Positions 20,302 through 30,422 of a stretch of 64,000 nucleotides of DNA are shown piece by piece. Made by a program: the position numbers and the translations under genes. This DNA is from a virus (Duplodnaviria; Caudoviricetes). Every line of letters starts with the position of its first letter. The stretch's first letter is position 1. The DNA is taken from the IMG/VR virus record IMGVR_UViG_3300020037_002952, positions 49,330 through 113,329 of that record, one strand, 5' to 3'. Under the pieces are notes generated by a model. It was not told the origin of the DNA. It saw only the letters and a list, made by a program, of their open reading frames with translations, and ran no database searches.

Positions 20302-20349
20302 AGAACGCAAAAAAGACCCAGAAAGCCGAAGCCTCCTGGGTCTTTTTTT
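20302..20349. terminator. Bidirectional terminator 2
   Basis: AAAAAAGACCCAG...CTGGGTCTTTTTTT. Confidence 0.8.
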
Positions 20350-20589
20350 ACTTTACCATTCCAATCGTCCAGCGCCGTCTTTCTTCTTCAATATTAAACC
20401 ATCTATTACTCATATCACCTTACCGTCTTCTGGTAGTCTTTAAGGATTTCAATAAGAACTGGAATTTCTTCTCGTTCAATTTCGAAATCTTGATTGGCCG
20501 TTGCCTCGCCATGAAAATCTCTTTTTAAAACAAGGGAAATACTTTTCTCTCCTGTATGTGTGTAATTAATTGTGGATTCAAAATTAAGT

Positions 20590-21150
20590 TTACTCATTTG
20601 CACTCTCCAGTGTTCGTGTATCAATTACTTTTTGCATTAGCTCTAGGTCTGATCTTGATAAACCAAACCGAGAATCTGGCCGAAATAATGCTGCCGTATT
20701 TAAATTCTCTAGAAAAAACTTATCCGAAATAGCGTCATCATCTGCCCAAATATAAAGCTCCTCTGGTTCTATTTCATATTCAATTGTTTCTTGCTTCCAA
20801 GGTGTTTCGTGCAAGGTCCAAGGACTTCTTCTAGTCGCATCAAGGACTGGACGTCTTCCTTCTAGACCAACCAGATCTTGAATTCTATGAAGATTATCTC
20901 CAAGTAGCCAAGTCGTTAGCCAAACAAAGTCACAATGTTCAGCAAGATCACGCACCATACTATCACGTTCAGGTGAATGACATACTGGCCAATAGTCTCT
21001 GGAAACAAAATCTGGTCCTGGCCAAAGAACCTCTTTCCAGTCATCAAATCCTGTAACACTTGTCAGCAAATCTTTGTTAGATGTTTGATGGAACGAGTTT
21101 AAAACTCCATCAAAATCGCAGTAAATACGCATAACTAAATCGACCTTCAT
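20590..21150 (-). CDS. HAD-family phosphatase (Swiss-Army-knife RNA repair type)
   Basis: YCDFDGVLN, WLTTW, WKQ, IWADDD. Confidence 0.8.
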   Translation of the reverse strand: MKVDLVMRIYCDFDGVLNSFHQTSNKDLLTSVTGFDDWKEVLWPGPDFVSRDYWPVCHSPERDSMVRDLAEHCDFVWLTTWLLGDNLHRIQDLVGLEGRRPVLDATRRSPWTLHETPWKQETIEYEIEPEELYIWADDDAISDKFFLENLNTAALFRPDSRFGLSRSDLELMQKVIDTRTLESANE

Positions 21151-21243
21151 TCTTTCTCTTTCTTTTTTTCTTTGGACTTCTGCTGCTGCGTCCACTCCTT
21201 CAAACCTTTAGAAAAGGTATCATAGTCTGGTTTATTTTTCCAG

Positions 21244-21651
21244 TTACTCATTTTCAAACCTCTTCTTTAGTCTTTCGTAATCTGCTCTATCTGCCTTTTC
21301 TTTGCGAGCCTTTTCTCTTTGGGTCCACTCGTCAAGTAACTTCTTATGGTTTTCGTACTTATACATCTGATCCTCATAGATTTTCATCTGAGATTCATAG
21401 TTCTTATTTGGTACTGGCTCGTTAGAGTAAATATCTAGATCTACATCAGAGTCACCATAGCTATTTTTATAAAAATCCCACTCTAGTCGGATATTTGACC
21501 CATACTTATCGTAGATAGCCTTTAAATTAAGAGTTCCACTAGAATGTATACTAGGAAAAGAATCTAGTAGCTCTCCGCTTTGGAGTGTTTCTAGTGGCGG
21601 GCCAAGAGGCTTAGCTGGCTTAATGGGCTTCGGGTCGTTATTCTTTGTCAT
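21244..21651 (-). CDS. Hypothetical protein
   Basis: 135-aa coupled ORF. Confidence 0.55.
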   Translation of the reverse strand: MTKNNDPKPIKPAKPLGPPLETLQSGELLDSFPSIHSSGTLNLKAIYDKYGSNIRLEWDFYKNSYGDSDVDLDIYSNEPVPNKNYESQMKIYEDQMYKYENHKKLLDEWTQREKARKEKADRADYERLKKRFENE

Positions 21652-22109
21652 GAAAGTTCTCCTAGTTTTACTACGATTGCATCTGGAATAAAGAACTCTA
21701 TAATTTCAGAGTAAACTTCCCAATCCCCCCCGCCAAGGCCACAACCCATTTGAAAAGGGACATACACTGGCAGATCCGTTTTGTTTAATTCTTCCAATTT
21801 ATTAGCCCGAATCAGCGCCATAGCTACAGCCCCGTAGTTCGTAAACCTTCCAGTTCTTCCGTAACCGACCTGTCCGAAAATATTCACAATACCCAAGTAG
21901 TTATTAATGGCAGTCATGTTGTACCAGCCAAGAATTTCTTCTGGTTCCCATTTCTTGCAAAAATACTGATATTCAGTATAGACTTGTGGATACTTTTCTC
22001 GAATTTGCTTGGCCAAACCAGAACCCATTACACCTCGACAATTAACTTGCTGAAGAATATATCCTTCTTCAATATCTAATATATTCCCTTCAATCATTTG
22101 TAGTGTCAT
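21648..22109 (-). CDS. Macro domain protein (ADP-ribose processing, Poa1p/DarG-like)
   Basis: QQVNCRGVMGSGLAKQI and MGCGLGGGDW. Confidence 0.9.
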   Translation of the reverse strand: MTLQMIEGNILDIEEGYILQQVNCRGVMGSGLAKQIREKYPQVYTEYQYFCKKWEPEEILGWYNMTAINNYLGIVNIFGQVGYGRTGRFTNYGAVAMALIRANKLEELNKTDLPVYVPFQMGCGLGGGDWEVYSEIIEFFIPDAIVVKLGELS

Positions 22110-22280
22110 CCTGGACTCCTATCAACATGTTGATTTGCTATTACTCTACGCTCTTGCTCTTGTAAAGCCAAAGCTAGCGTTGCATATCCAGTCCCTAGCT
22201 GGGTAAGTGTAGGAACGCTTGCCCAATGTTGGCATGACTCGGCACGCCCAAAATAAATGACTGCCTGCTTGATAGCTTTT

Positions 22281-22700
22281 TCACTTGTCATCATTCGACC
22301 ACTCCATCCATTGTTCGGAGACTCCCGGTAGACTTGAGTCCAAAGTCTTCAACCAGCCTCCGCCAATCTTACGCATGAGAACACCTGGACCGCCAGTTCG
22401 TTCACAAATAGTAAAAGAAAGATTCTCTGCATCTCGAATGATTCCGAAAAACTTTTTAATTTCTTCTTCCGATAATTCTGAACCAGGAGTTGCGTAGAAT
22501 CTTAAGCCACCAAACTTCTCTTTAATCTGAGCGATCTCAAAGTCAGGATCGATAACAACAAGAGCGTTGCGAAGATCCATAAGAAGATTGTCCCACCCAA
22601 TATCACAACCAATAAGTGGTCGCCATTGTGTTGGGAATCTTGCACGTAAATCTTCTAGCGCTGCTTCTGTATTGTCTATAATTTCTTTTGAATATGTCAT
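22281..22700 (-). CDS. Conserved phage protein (QIKEKFGGLRFY motif)
   Basis: Motif recognisable from many phage hypothetical proteins; GAGGA RBS. Confidence 0.65.
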   Translation of the reverse strand: MTYSKEIIDNTEAALEDLRARFPTQWRPLIGCDIGWDNLLMDLRNALVVIDPDFEIAQIKEKFGGLRFYATPGSELSEEEIKKFFGIIRDAENLSFTICERTGGPGVLMRKIGGGWLKTLDSSLPGVSEQWMEWSNDDK

Positions 22701-22870
22701 GATTCCTCTACAAGTCGGTAGGTTCGACCATCGACCCGATTTCATTTTGATAGCTTTCCATAATTGAAAGTCCTTAAATTTAGTTGTTAGTCGATATATT
22801 ATATGATACTAGCCCGGCGAGAGTAGGAGCCCTATGATGTTATCATATAGAGACGAGAGAGTCAACTGAA

Positions 22871-23227
22871 ATGTTCAACTCTCATCTGGCTAGTATTGAT
22901 ATCTTTATTATTATCCTTAACCTAATAGGTGTAATTGGAGCTATTTATTGGAACGTCAAAGCATCTAAGGATGGTATCTTTTCCAAAACGATGCTCAAAG
23001 TTGCTTCACTTGCTGGCGTATACCTCGTTGCATATTGTATTCTTCTTTTTTCAAATATTAACCCAGCAGACTGGTCCTCTATTTTCAGGGGCTTAGCCGT
23101 GCTAGTATGGTGGTATGTTTGGATTTTACCAGCGAGATCCTGGTATAAACAAGCACACGGCTTAAGTAAAGAGTTAGAAAATAAAATTTATGAACGAATC
23201 GATAGCTGGGGAATTGGAGATAAATAA
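22871..23227 (+). CDS. Three-TM membrane protein (holin-like)
   Basis: Three hydrophobic helices and a charged C-terminus. Confidence 0.6.
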   Translation: MFNSHLASIDIFIIILNLIGVIGAIYWNVKASKDGIFSKTMLKVASLAGVYLVAYCILLFSNINPADWSSIFRGLAVLVWWYVWILPARSWYKQAHGLSKELENKIYERIDSWGIGDK

Positions 23228-23547
23228 TGACGGTTTGGGGTCCAATCTTAGCAGCGTTGTTGGGCGGTGGTCTAGTTCAGATCATCGTCTCTTTAGCGAA
23301 TAGAAAGAAAACTGACGCAGAATCTACTAACCTTATTGCCGGGGCGGCTGAACGTATTGTCGGCAGACTTGAGAATGAGGTTAAAACTCTCCGAGATGAA
23401 CTTACACTCATGGCTGAAGCTCAGGCTAAACAAAATGAAGCAAGCTTACTGGAGATTTCTAAATTAAGAAACGAAATCGTTGTCCTAAGAAAAGAAATAC
23501 ACCGCTTGGGTGGAGATCCAGACCAAATTCCTTATGAAGGAGTATAA
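23227..23547 (+). CDS. Single-TM plus coiled-coil membrane protein (holin/lysis-associated type)
   Basis: ILAALLGGGLVQIIV followed by RKK and heptads. Confidence 0.6.
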   Translation: MTVWGPILAALLGGGLVQIIVSLANRKKTDAESTNLIAGAAERIVGRLENEVKTLRDELTLMAEAQAKQNEASLLEISKLRNEIVVLRKEIHRLGGDPDQIPYEGV

Positions 23548-23549
23548 GT

Positions 23550-23951
23550 ATGTTAAAGGAACTTACTGATGTAATCACAGAATCTAGAAAGAAGTCTGAC
23601 AGTATCACGAGTAGACTTAAAATTGGTTTTCACTTGGTCGTAATTGCCTTACTTTTGTTCTTGACTGTTATGGCTTGGAACGCCTCTGTTACAACCCATA
23701 ACCTTTCTGAGGTTATTAACCGTCGCTCGCCTGTTATTGAATATCTTTCATGTTATAATGCCCGAAATGCGGCTAACAATATTGCTGTGGATGAACTTGT
23801 TTTATTGTATACTACCGCAGATAAATCTGTTCCCGAAAGTGCGGATATTCAAAAGGCAGCGGACAGGCTTGTCGTAACTGGCAAAGCTCTAAAAGATGCT
23901 AACGATGCCAACTCCGACAATCCTTGTCCACATATACCAAATAGCAAGTAA
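23550..23951 (+). CDS. Single-TM membrane protein with two extracytoplasmic Cys
   Basis: TM segment IGFHLVVIALLLFLTVMAW; GGAG RBS. Confidence 0.55.
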   Translation: MLKELTDVITESRKKSDSITSRLKIGFHLVVIALLLFLTVMAWNASVTTHNLSEVINRRSPVIEYLSCYNARNAANNIAVDELVLLYTTADKSVPESADIQKAADRLVVTGKALKDANDANSDNPCPHIPNSK

Positions 23952-24293
23952 CTACCGACAGAGGAAAGTTTTGCCATGGAACTTGATGGCTGTATAGTCA
24001 TCTCGCAGTTCATCGGCAGCTTGCTCCCAGTCGATACATCTAAACGGCCATTCTTGAGGGATCTCGTAGCAATCTTCAGCCATTTCTTTTGTAAATGTAT
24101 CAAAGTAGTAGTCGTTGATTAGATTATCGCCGTACTCCCAGTCAGAACAATACTGTTCAGCTTCTTCATTGAGCGCAATGAGAGCAATGAGGTCCTCAGA
24201 GTATTCAATTTGATTGCTTTCTAATTCTTGAAGCTCTTCAATTGAAGCTTCAAGATCTTCTTTATTGATAAAGTTGTCGTATTCAGTTATCAT
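23952..24293 (-). CDS. Acidic protein resembling ArdA-type antirestriction DNA mimics
   Basis: Very acidic; IDWEQAADELRDDY resembles the ArdA C-terminus. Confidence 0.5.
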   Translation of the reverse strand: MITEYDNFINKEDLEASIEELQELESNQIEYSEDLIALIALNEEAEQYCSDWEYGDNLINDYYFDTFTKEMAEDCYEIPQEWPFRCIDWEQAADELRDDYTAIKFHGKTFLCR

Positions 24294-24590
24294 AATTAAT
24301 CCAATCCATTTATTTTACAGAAACGATAAGCACAAAATCCGATTAAACAGGTTTGAAAAGAGGCAATCAACGCTGCCCAACCATTCAGAGATATGTTTAT
24401 CACTAACCAAAAAAGATTAAACACTATTAGGCACAGCCATAGATACGATAAATCTTTCATTCGTCCTCCTCAATGAGACGAAGAACTACAAAGCATAATC
24501 CCGCTGCAAATAGGTTTAAGGTCATAGGACCATAGGCTCCAATGGCAGCCATTAAAATGACAAACAATACGTTAAGTGTAAACATAATCC

Positions 24591-24959
24591 TTAAGATGAT
24601 AGCCATTTTGAACGCTCCTTTAAAATCACGCTAAATCTAACCAAAGCTAGCAGTGTCCAGAATACCGCTGCCAGAGCCCTATCTTCGACAATGGCATCGA
24701 CGACTAGGCCAATACCAACAACTCCCCAACTGATCCAACAAATTTCATGCCATGTTGAACTCTCATCAAAGAGAAATGGCCAATACCTTCGGCACTCTTC
24801 TGCGGCCACAAAGATAAGGGCAGCAGCCATAATAGCCCAGAAAAAACCGCCGGTCATTAGACATAGGAGAGCAGAAATTGCACTTATTGGCAATGAAATT
24901 ATCCAAAATCCTTGAAAGATTCTATCAAGAAACGAAATTGACTTTTTATTTTCAAACAT
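24591..24959 (-). CDS. Four-TM membrane protein in a run of small hydrophobic ORFs
   Basis: Hydrophobic helices; similar small ORFs flank it from about 24300 to 25130. Confidence 0.55.
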   Translation of the reverse strand: MFENKKSISFLDRIFQGFWIISLPISAISALLCLMTGGFFWAIMAAALIFVAAEECRRYWPFLFDESSTWHEICWISWGVVGIGLVVDAIVEDRALAAVFWTLLALVRFSVILKERSKWLSS

Positions 24960-25302
24960 TTTCTACCACTCTTCCGATTCGACGATTAGCTCGCAGGCTA
25001 CATACCAGCACAAAGAACCAACTATAAAGTTGAGTAAATATGTTGGATTTCCCGTTGAGCTGAGTCCAATAACAAAGACAACATAATTAACTATAGCCCA
25101 TAGAATATTTATTACAATCAAAAATTTAGTCATACCTCAACCACCTTGTATACAAAATTAGCCACAGCGCCATCTGCGTTTGTGGGTGAACCTTTATATG
25201 TCGCATCACGTTGAACACATTTCAACGTAAACTTTCTACTTGGATTCTCTACCATAGCTTCTACAACTTCTGGTGAAGCATCTACAACAACATTAACATC
25301 AA

Positions 25303-26088
25303 TCATAAAATCATTTCCTTATTTATAGTGAGATCATCAAGCTGATCTATCGTGCATTCTTCTGGTAACTTGTCAGTTCGCCGCATTGGCTTGGTCGGCT
25401 GGTAGACCTTACCACCTTCCATAACATAAAGCAAGGAGATCTTACAAACTTCTCCTGGCTGTAACGTGGGGCCATCTCCGGCCATAGAGGTTACTTTACT
25501 TACTGGCACAAGGACGCCGTTATCGTACATGCCTACAATGAGGTTGTTTATTTCTGTGCCACGTTCCATAACAACGCAGTCAACATCTTTCGTAAACTTG
25601 TATTTCAAGAGACTCCCAGTTTTGCCTGGTTTCCAATGAGCATTGAGTTTTCGGAAGATTACTCCCTCGGCATTATTTTCCTTAAACTTCTCAAAAACTT
25701 CACGCTTATTTTCTTTGTGGAAAGGAACAGCTTGAACATGTTCTGTTCCCCACGTCTTTATGACGTACCATAAAAGCTCTTGACGCATTTCAGTACGAGC
25801 TTTTTTCATCCGTTCGCTGAGAAAATCAAACACATAAAACGTATTACCGATTAACTCTCCATCAAGGATTACATCATTCGTAATGTACCATGGATTCTGT
25901 AAAAACAACGGGACATTACGAGGTTCACCGCTACGATTATAGCCATGTCCAATAGTAGGTCCGCCCTTTTCGCAGCGTACATCAAGAACAAACCTCTCTC
26001 CATCCATCTTCTGTTGCATTCCCCAAGCTTCTGAATCAAGATAGAAATTAGGGCTTGAAATAGTTTTAGGTAGTTGAACAAAGCTCAT
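25303..26088 (-). CDS. Minimal ATP-dependent DNA ligase
   Basis: QQKMDGER (motif I), LDGEL, FYVFD, EGVIFR, LKYK. Confidence 0.85.
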   Translation of the reverse strand: MSFVQLPKTISSPNFYLDSEAWGMQQKMDGERFVLDVRCEKGGPTIGHGYNRSGEPRNVPLFLQNPWYITNDVILDGELIGNTFYVFDFLSERMKKARTEMRQELLWYVIKTWGTEHVQAVPFHKENKREVFEKFKENNAEGVIFRKLNAHWKPGKTGSLLKYKFTKDVDCVVMERGTEINNLIVGMYDNGVLVPVSKVTSMAGDGPTLQPGEVCKISLLYVMEGGKVYQPTKPMRRTDKLPEECTIDQLDDLTINKEMIL

Positions 26089-26610
26089 AGCTGATCTGTA
26101 ATCTCGCGGAAAACTTTATCGTATTCAATTTGATCAAAGTCTTCTGGTTTAATAAGGGCTCCCGGCAGTACATTGAGGTTAAACGATAATGTATCTTGAA
26201 GCTCGTTCAATGTCAAGTTCAAATCCTCTCCGACTTCTAAGCCTAGTTCGTCAAGGGCAGATTGGATTTGTTGTTTGAGTCTTTTCGCTGGGTCTAACGC
26301 ATCCATTAAGCAATCCTCGTTCCCCTGAAAGTTAAATCGTATTCAGCAGCGAACCCTTCGTAAACAGATTCAATTTGTAAATCCTCTGGACTATATTGTT
26401 CTAGCTCAATTTCTTCTAGCTCAAGGTCGGTAGGATCTGGAAGTTCTTCTAGGTCGAAACCTAAACTATAGCTCTGTTTCATCATTAACTATTCCTAACG
26501 TTTGTATATTGTGGGCATGTTCCAGCCACAGATAATCTGCTTCTGTGGAATCTGGAACAACTTCTGCCTCGTCACACATTTCAATATAAAGTTTCCGTAA
26601 AACAGTCGGG

Positions 26611-27405
26611 TCAAACACTGAGGAATGCCTCTAGCTCTTTCGCCAGATCAAAATCATCTGTCTGCTCTGGCTTAGCATCCAGAAGACCCACAGAACCGCC
26701 CTGCAAGCTCACTAGACGCTCTACAACGACATCCTTGTAGGAGGATGGCTCAAACGACTCCAAAAGCTTCCTAGACGCCTTCACGGCTGTCTCACGCAAT
26801 TCGGGCGCAAGTCCCGGTGTAGCAAAGTCAAACTGATTAAGATTCTCAGGATACAACTGCTTTTGAACAATGATATGGCCCTGATACAAGCTGAGACGGA
26901 AAAGTCCCTCGTAGCTCTGAAGATTACATTCACCGATCAAAGCGATATCTCTATTCTCTTGCAGAACCGCATTGATAAAGTCATGCCACTTCAAGTTGAT
27001 CGGATCGTCAATAATCTTTTTGCCCTTTTTGATAATCGGCTGGAATACATAAGCGTTATTATCAGAAGGGAAAATATACTGTGAGATAGCATCAACACTA
27101 TGAACGGTAAGATTCAAAGTATTGAGTGGGAGCTTAGACTCTTTTGCTTTCACCACATCCTCAATTGGAACCGGCTCAAGTTCGCCATCAACAATTCTAG
27201 CCCGACCAAGATCTTCACGATCATAAATCTTGCCATTCTCATCAATGTAAACCTGTCGAACAGGCTTCGCATCAGGAGTGCAGTATTTTAGTTCTGCTTC
27301 CTTCGGCTTAGATGCTCGGAGAGAAACGAGTCGTCCAGTTGTTGTGGCTGGACCGAGACGCATTGTAAAATCTGAACAGTATGCTTTTGGTAGTTTTGTT
27401 TCCAT
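26611..27405 (-). CDS. ku: Ku-like DNA end-binding protein
   Basis: MRLGP...RLVS, PVRQVY, FEPSSYKD and DLAKELEA resemble prokaryotic Ku; close to the ligase gene. Confidence 0.65.
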   Translation of the reverse strand: METKLPKAYCSDFTMRLGPATTTGRLVSLRASKPKEAELKYCTPDAKPVRQVYIDENGKIYDREDLGRARIVDGELEPVPIEDVVKAKESKLPLNTLNLTVHSVDAISQYIFPSDNNAYVFQPIIKKGKKIIDDPINLKWHDFINAVLQENRDIALIGECNLQSYEGLFRLSLYQGHIIVQKQLYPENLNQFDFATPGLAPELRETAVKASRKLLESFEPSSYKDVVVERLVSLQGGSVGLLDAKPEQTDDFDLAKELEAFLSV

Positions 27406-27407
27406 AG

Positions 27408-27800
27408 TTATTTACTTTCTGGTAGGTAAATGATTGTGGCTGCTGACGCGTAACTAGAAAGAAGCTCAGTCCATGCCCGTAGGCAATATTTGTGATTTAC
27501 TTTACAGGCAAGCCCTAGTTTTGTCACAAAGTATAGACTACCGTATGTACTTTTTAGAATTGCTCCAACTGGTAGTGTGTGTGTTTTTTCCCAGCGAATC
27601 GTGTCGCCGATATTGATATTGAATCCTGGCAATTCCCTAATTTCGTAAAGCCTACCATCTATTGGTTTCTTCTCATAAACAAAGCGACCATCAATAATAG
27701 AACCATTAATTGCACTATATCCACGATAGGTTACCTTAGTGTGATCTGGAAGAGTTTTTAACTCTGCATCAGTCACTAAATCTCCAACATTAATCTTCAT
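27408..27800 (-). CDS. 'VGD...LPxGS' duplicated-domain paralog
   Basis: VGDLVT..LKTLP / IGDTI..LPVGAI..IIYLP. Confidence 0.65.
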   Translation of the reverse strand: MKINVGDLVTDAELKTLPDHTKVTYRGYSAINGSIIDGRFVYEKKPIDGRLYEIRELPGFNINIGDTIRWEKTHTLPVGAILKSTYGSLYFVTKLGLACKVNHKYCLRAWTELLSSYASAATIIYLPESK

Positions 27801-28728
27801 GCGTAATCTCCTCTGGTTTGGTGGCTTTCTTAAACGCTAGAAGTCCGGTTGGCATAAGCTCTCTGCCGGACTTTGAAATCTGAACATACTCTCGCTTGAC
27901 CAAGAGTTTCTCCAAGTCTTTGATAATCTCTTTGGATCGACCGGAATGATTAGCAATACTATCAAGTCCGGCACTCATCCCAAGGTTCTTCAGTGACTCA
28001 AGATATGCAATGTGATCTACAGTTAGACCGTCTTCAGTAATCTCTGTGGCTCTTAAAATTGGTTGTAGATCCATTGACTGAAGATCTCTCGCAACTTTAA
28101 TGAGTGCCTTTGCCTGACGTGGCGATCCGGCAGAAGCTTTACCAATTCGTAAACATGTTTCACGAGTCGGCTCTAGCCCAACTTTGTACGCCATACGTTC
28201 GACGATCTGAGCCATCTCTTTCTCTGAATATTCTCCGAGTCTATATGGAGCACCAAACCGTCCAACAAGAGGCTTAATCAAGTCTTGTGGTTCAGTTGTG
28301 GCAGCGACGATAGTAATCGGATGTTCAAAGTAAATCTTTTTGCCGTTATCCAAAGCTATATAGTTATTTTCTAGAATGGACAGAAGGTAATGCTGGTCTT
28401 TTTTAGAAAAGTTGTGTACCTCGTCAAGAAGAACAATACCACCCTGCTCTTCTTCAATGAAGTTAAGAAGGATATTATTGAACTTCGGAATCTTCAATCC
28501 GGGGGTAACCATCAAAGGCAAGAAAGCTAGCTGATGCTCATCTGCAATAAGGTTAGCCAAACTTGTTTTGCCTGAACCAGATTCGCCAATTAAGAGACAG
28601 TGGTCAAGCTGTTGATATCTTGACATCGCCGCCTGAATCTTCATTTGGATAAGCTCTTTAACCTTGGACTGGCCAATGTATGACTCCCAAGACTCCGGTG
28701 CGAGGCTACTATCTGTATATTCTGTCAT
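27790..28728 (-). CDS. ruvB: RuvB-like AAA+ ATPase
   Basis: WESYIGQ, LDHCLLIGESGSGKTSLA, LLDEVH, AATT, GSPR, DGL. Confidence 0.85.
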   Translation of the reverse strand: MTEYTDSSLAPESWESYIGQSKVKELIQMKIQAAMSRYQQLDHCLLIGESGSGKTSLANLIADEHQLAFLPLMVTPGLKIPKFNNILLNFIEEEQGGIVLLDEVHNFSKKDQHYLLSILENNYIALDNGKKIYFEHPITIVAATTEPQDLIKPLVGRFGAPYRLGEYSEKEMAQIVERMAYKVGLEPTRETCLRIGKASAGSPRQAKALIKVARDLQSMDLQPILRATEITEDGLTVDHIAYLESLKNLGMSAGLDSIANHSGRSKEIIKDLEKLLVKREYVQISKSGRELMPTGLLAFKKATKPEEITHED

Positions 28729-28951
28729 TCGGTTTCATCTTTCTTTTTGGAATTCTTTAGTTGGTCAAATGGCCAAACGTCATGATGTAAAAAGTGTCTG
28801 CTTGGAACTGAGGGGAGCCAATCAAGATCATTAATAATCTCCTCAACATCTCCACAGCTACACCAGATTTTTATAATGGGATCTTCCTCTGAGTCCGCCT
28901 CAGGAATAAAAAGATACTCGTATTTAAATTCGTGATGTTCTGCTACAGCAC

Positions 28952-29521
28952 TCATGAATGAGCACTCTTCAAAACACAAACCTGTGAGTATCCATCAGAC
29001 GGAACATCTACTCCGCCAGCTTTCTTTCCAGTGAAGCATAGCCCTTGGATAATTGTTCCATCTGCTACAGTAATAACGTCAGCTTTAATAGTTGAACTAA
29101 GATTAAGACTTGTAACAAACCTAGCTGCCCTCTCCCGATAATCAGGAGAAGACGATTGATCAGCATGGACAACGATTAGAGTCCTATGTGATCTTGGGGG
29201 TGAGTTAAGAATAGGACCCTTAAACCCATTGTCTAATTTCTCTTTAAGAATCTGAAAATTCTTGATTGCATCATTTTCTGCCATAACTTCTTCTTCTTTC
29301 GTCGGGTATGCAATATAGTTTGCTAACGGATGGTTTTTGGTGTAATAAGTGTTTGATGCATTTATCCACTCTGATGGTCCCTTATAATCGCCGTAAGATA
29401 CTGAGGCTTTTGCTATACCATCTAATGTTAGCCATTTAGTTGGGGTTACGTCAGACTCTGTAGCCACCCATGCCACTCCAATGCCTTCTTCTTTTTCTTC
29501 TTCGTTTATGTTGTCTTCCAT
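28952..29521 (-). CDS. Hypothetical protein
   Basis: 189-aa ORF. Confidence 0.5.
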   Translation of the reverse strand: MEDNINEEEKEEGIGVAWVATESDVTPTKWLTLDGIAKASVSYGDYKGPSEWINASNTYYTKNHPLANYIAYPTKEEEVMAENDAIKNFQILKEKLDNGFKGPILNSPPRSHRTLIVVHADQSSSPDYRERAARFVTSLNLSSTIKADVITVADGTIIQGLCFTGKKAGGVDVPSDGYSQVCVLKSAHS

Positions 29522-30345
29522 AAGTCTAATACTTTCTTTCTTAGATTCCGTAAGCTGCTATGAGTTATATCCATATTGAGAGCTTCAGAATAATGATGGA
29601 GACGATCAGATAGATAGTTAATCTCTTTGCTCCAATCGTTCAACTTTTTCGCCGAAGGATTCGACCCTCCAGCTTCAACAAGACGAACAAGATCTGAAAC
29701 TTGGATATCAAGATATTCTTTTAAAGCTGCTGATACCATTTCTTTTTGTTCTACTGTGTTAACCAATGGAGCCATTAATACTTTAGCACCTTCGATGCTG
29801 TTGATCATCTCGGCCAGAGCCTTCAGTCCACTATACTCGCTTTCCGTGACAAAGTAAACCCCGCCGCCCTGTTTTACTAAGACGCCTCTCAGGTTATCCT
29901 CAATAGCTTTACGCGCCGCCTCACGAATAGGTAGACTGTGAATAGAATAACGATAAGTGTCAATGAAGTCAGAAACTTGAAACTTCACAATTTCTGTATA
30001 CGAAACACAGTCGTCATAAGAAAGCCATGTTAGCTCGCCATCTGCCTTACTCATGGTGGCACTAGCAACAGCTTCTGTTTTACTAGCGCTGGATCGAACA
30101 AGATCTCTCTTAACGTAGAGTTTATCGAAACCTTGATCAATCATTCTATAGCGCCAACTACCTTGTGTCCCGTCGATACTCTCGCAAGCTCGACGGAACA
30201 CATTCACTAGCTTTGGCTCTTTAACCAATTTCACTGGCGCTTTAGTTTTTCGAGCCAGTTTATTAAATGCCTTATAGTCGGTAATTGTTTCTTGCGAAAC
30301 ATTATACCAAACTAAATAGCCGATAGAGTCAATGTTATTTTTCAT
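29506..30345 (-). CDS. Conserved phage protein (GYLVWY...FRRAC...GGGVYFV; DUF6744-like)
   Basis: Motif resemblance; AAGGAG RBS. Confidence 0.55.
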   Translation of the reverse strand: MKNNIDSIGYLVWYNVSQETITDYKAFNKLARKTKAPVKLVKEPKLVNVFRRACESIDGTQGSWRYRMIDQGFDKLYVKRDLVRSSASKTEAVASATMSKADGELTWLSYDDCVSYTEIVKFQVSDFIDTYRYSIHSLPIREAARKAIEDNLRGVLVKQGGGVYFVTESEYSGLKALAEMINSIEGAKVLMAPLVNTVEQKEMVSAALKEYLDIQVSDLVRLVEAGGSNPSAKKLNDWSKEINYLSDRLHHYSEALNMDITHSSLRNLRKKVLDLWKTT

Positions 30346-30422
30346 CTATCTCCTTTTCATCCCTTCTATAAAACACCATACACAAAATCCAAAAACGAAT
30401 GTATAAGCGAATAGCATACTAT

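Noticed and set aside
20107-20397. Tracked ORFs of 67 and 63 aa in the GC-rich island
   Set aside because: No clear RBS, atypical composition, and they are bounded or crossed by terminators.
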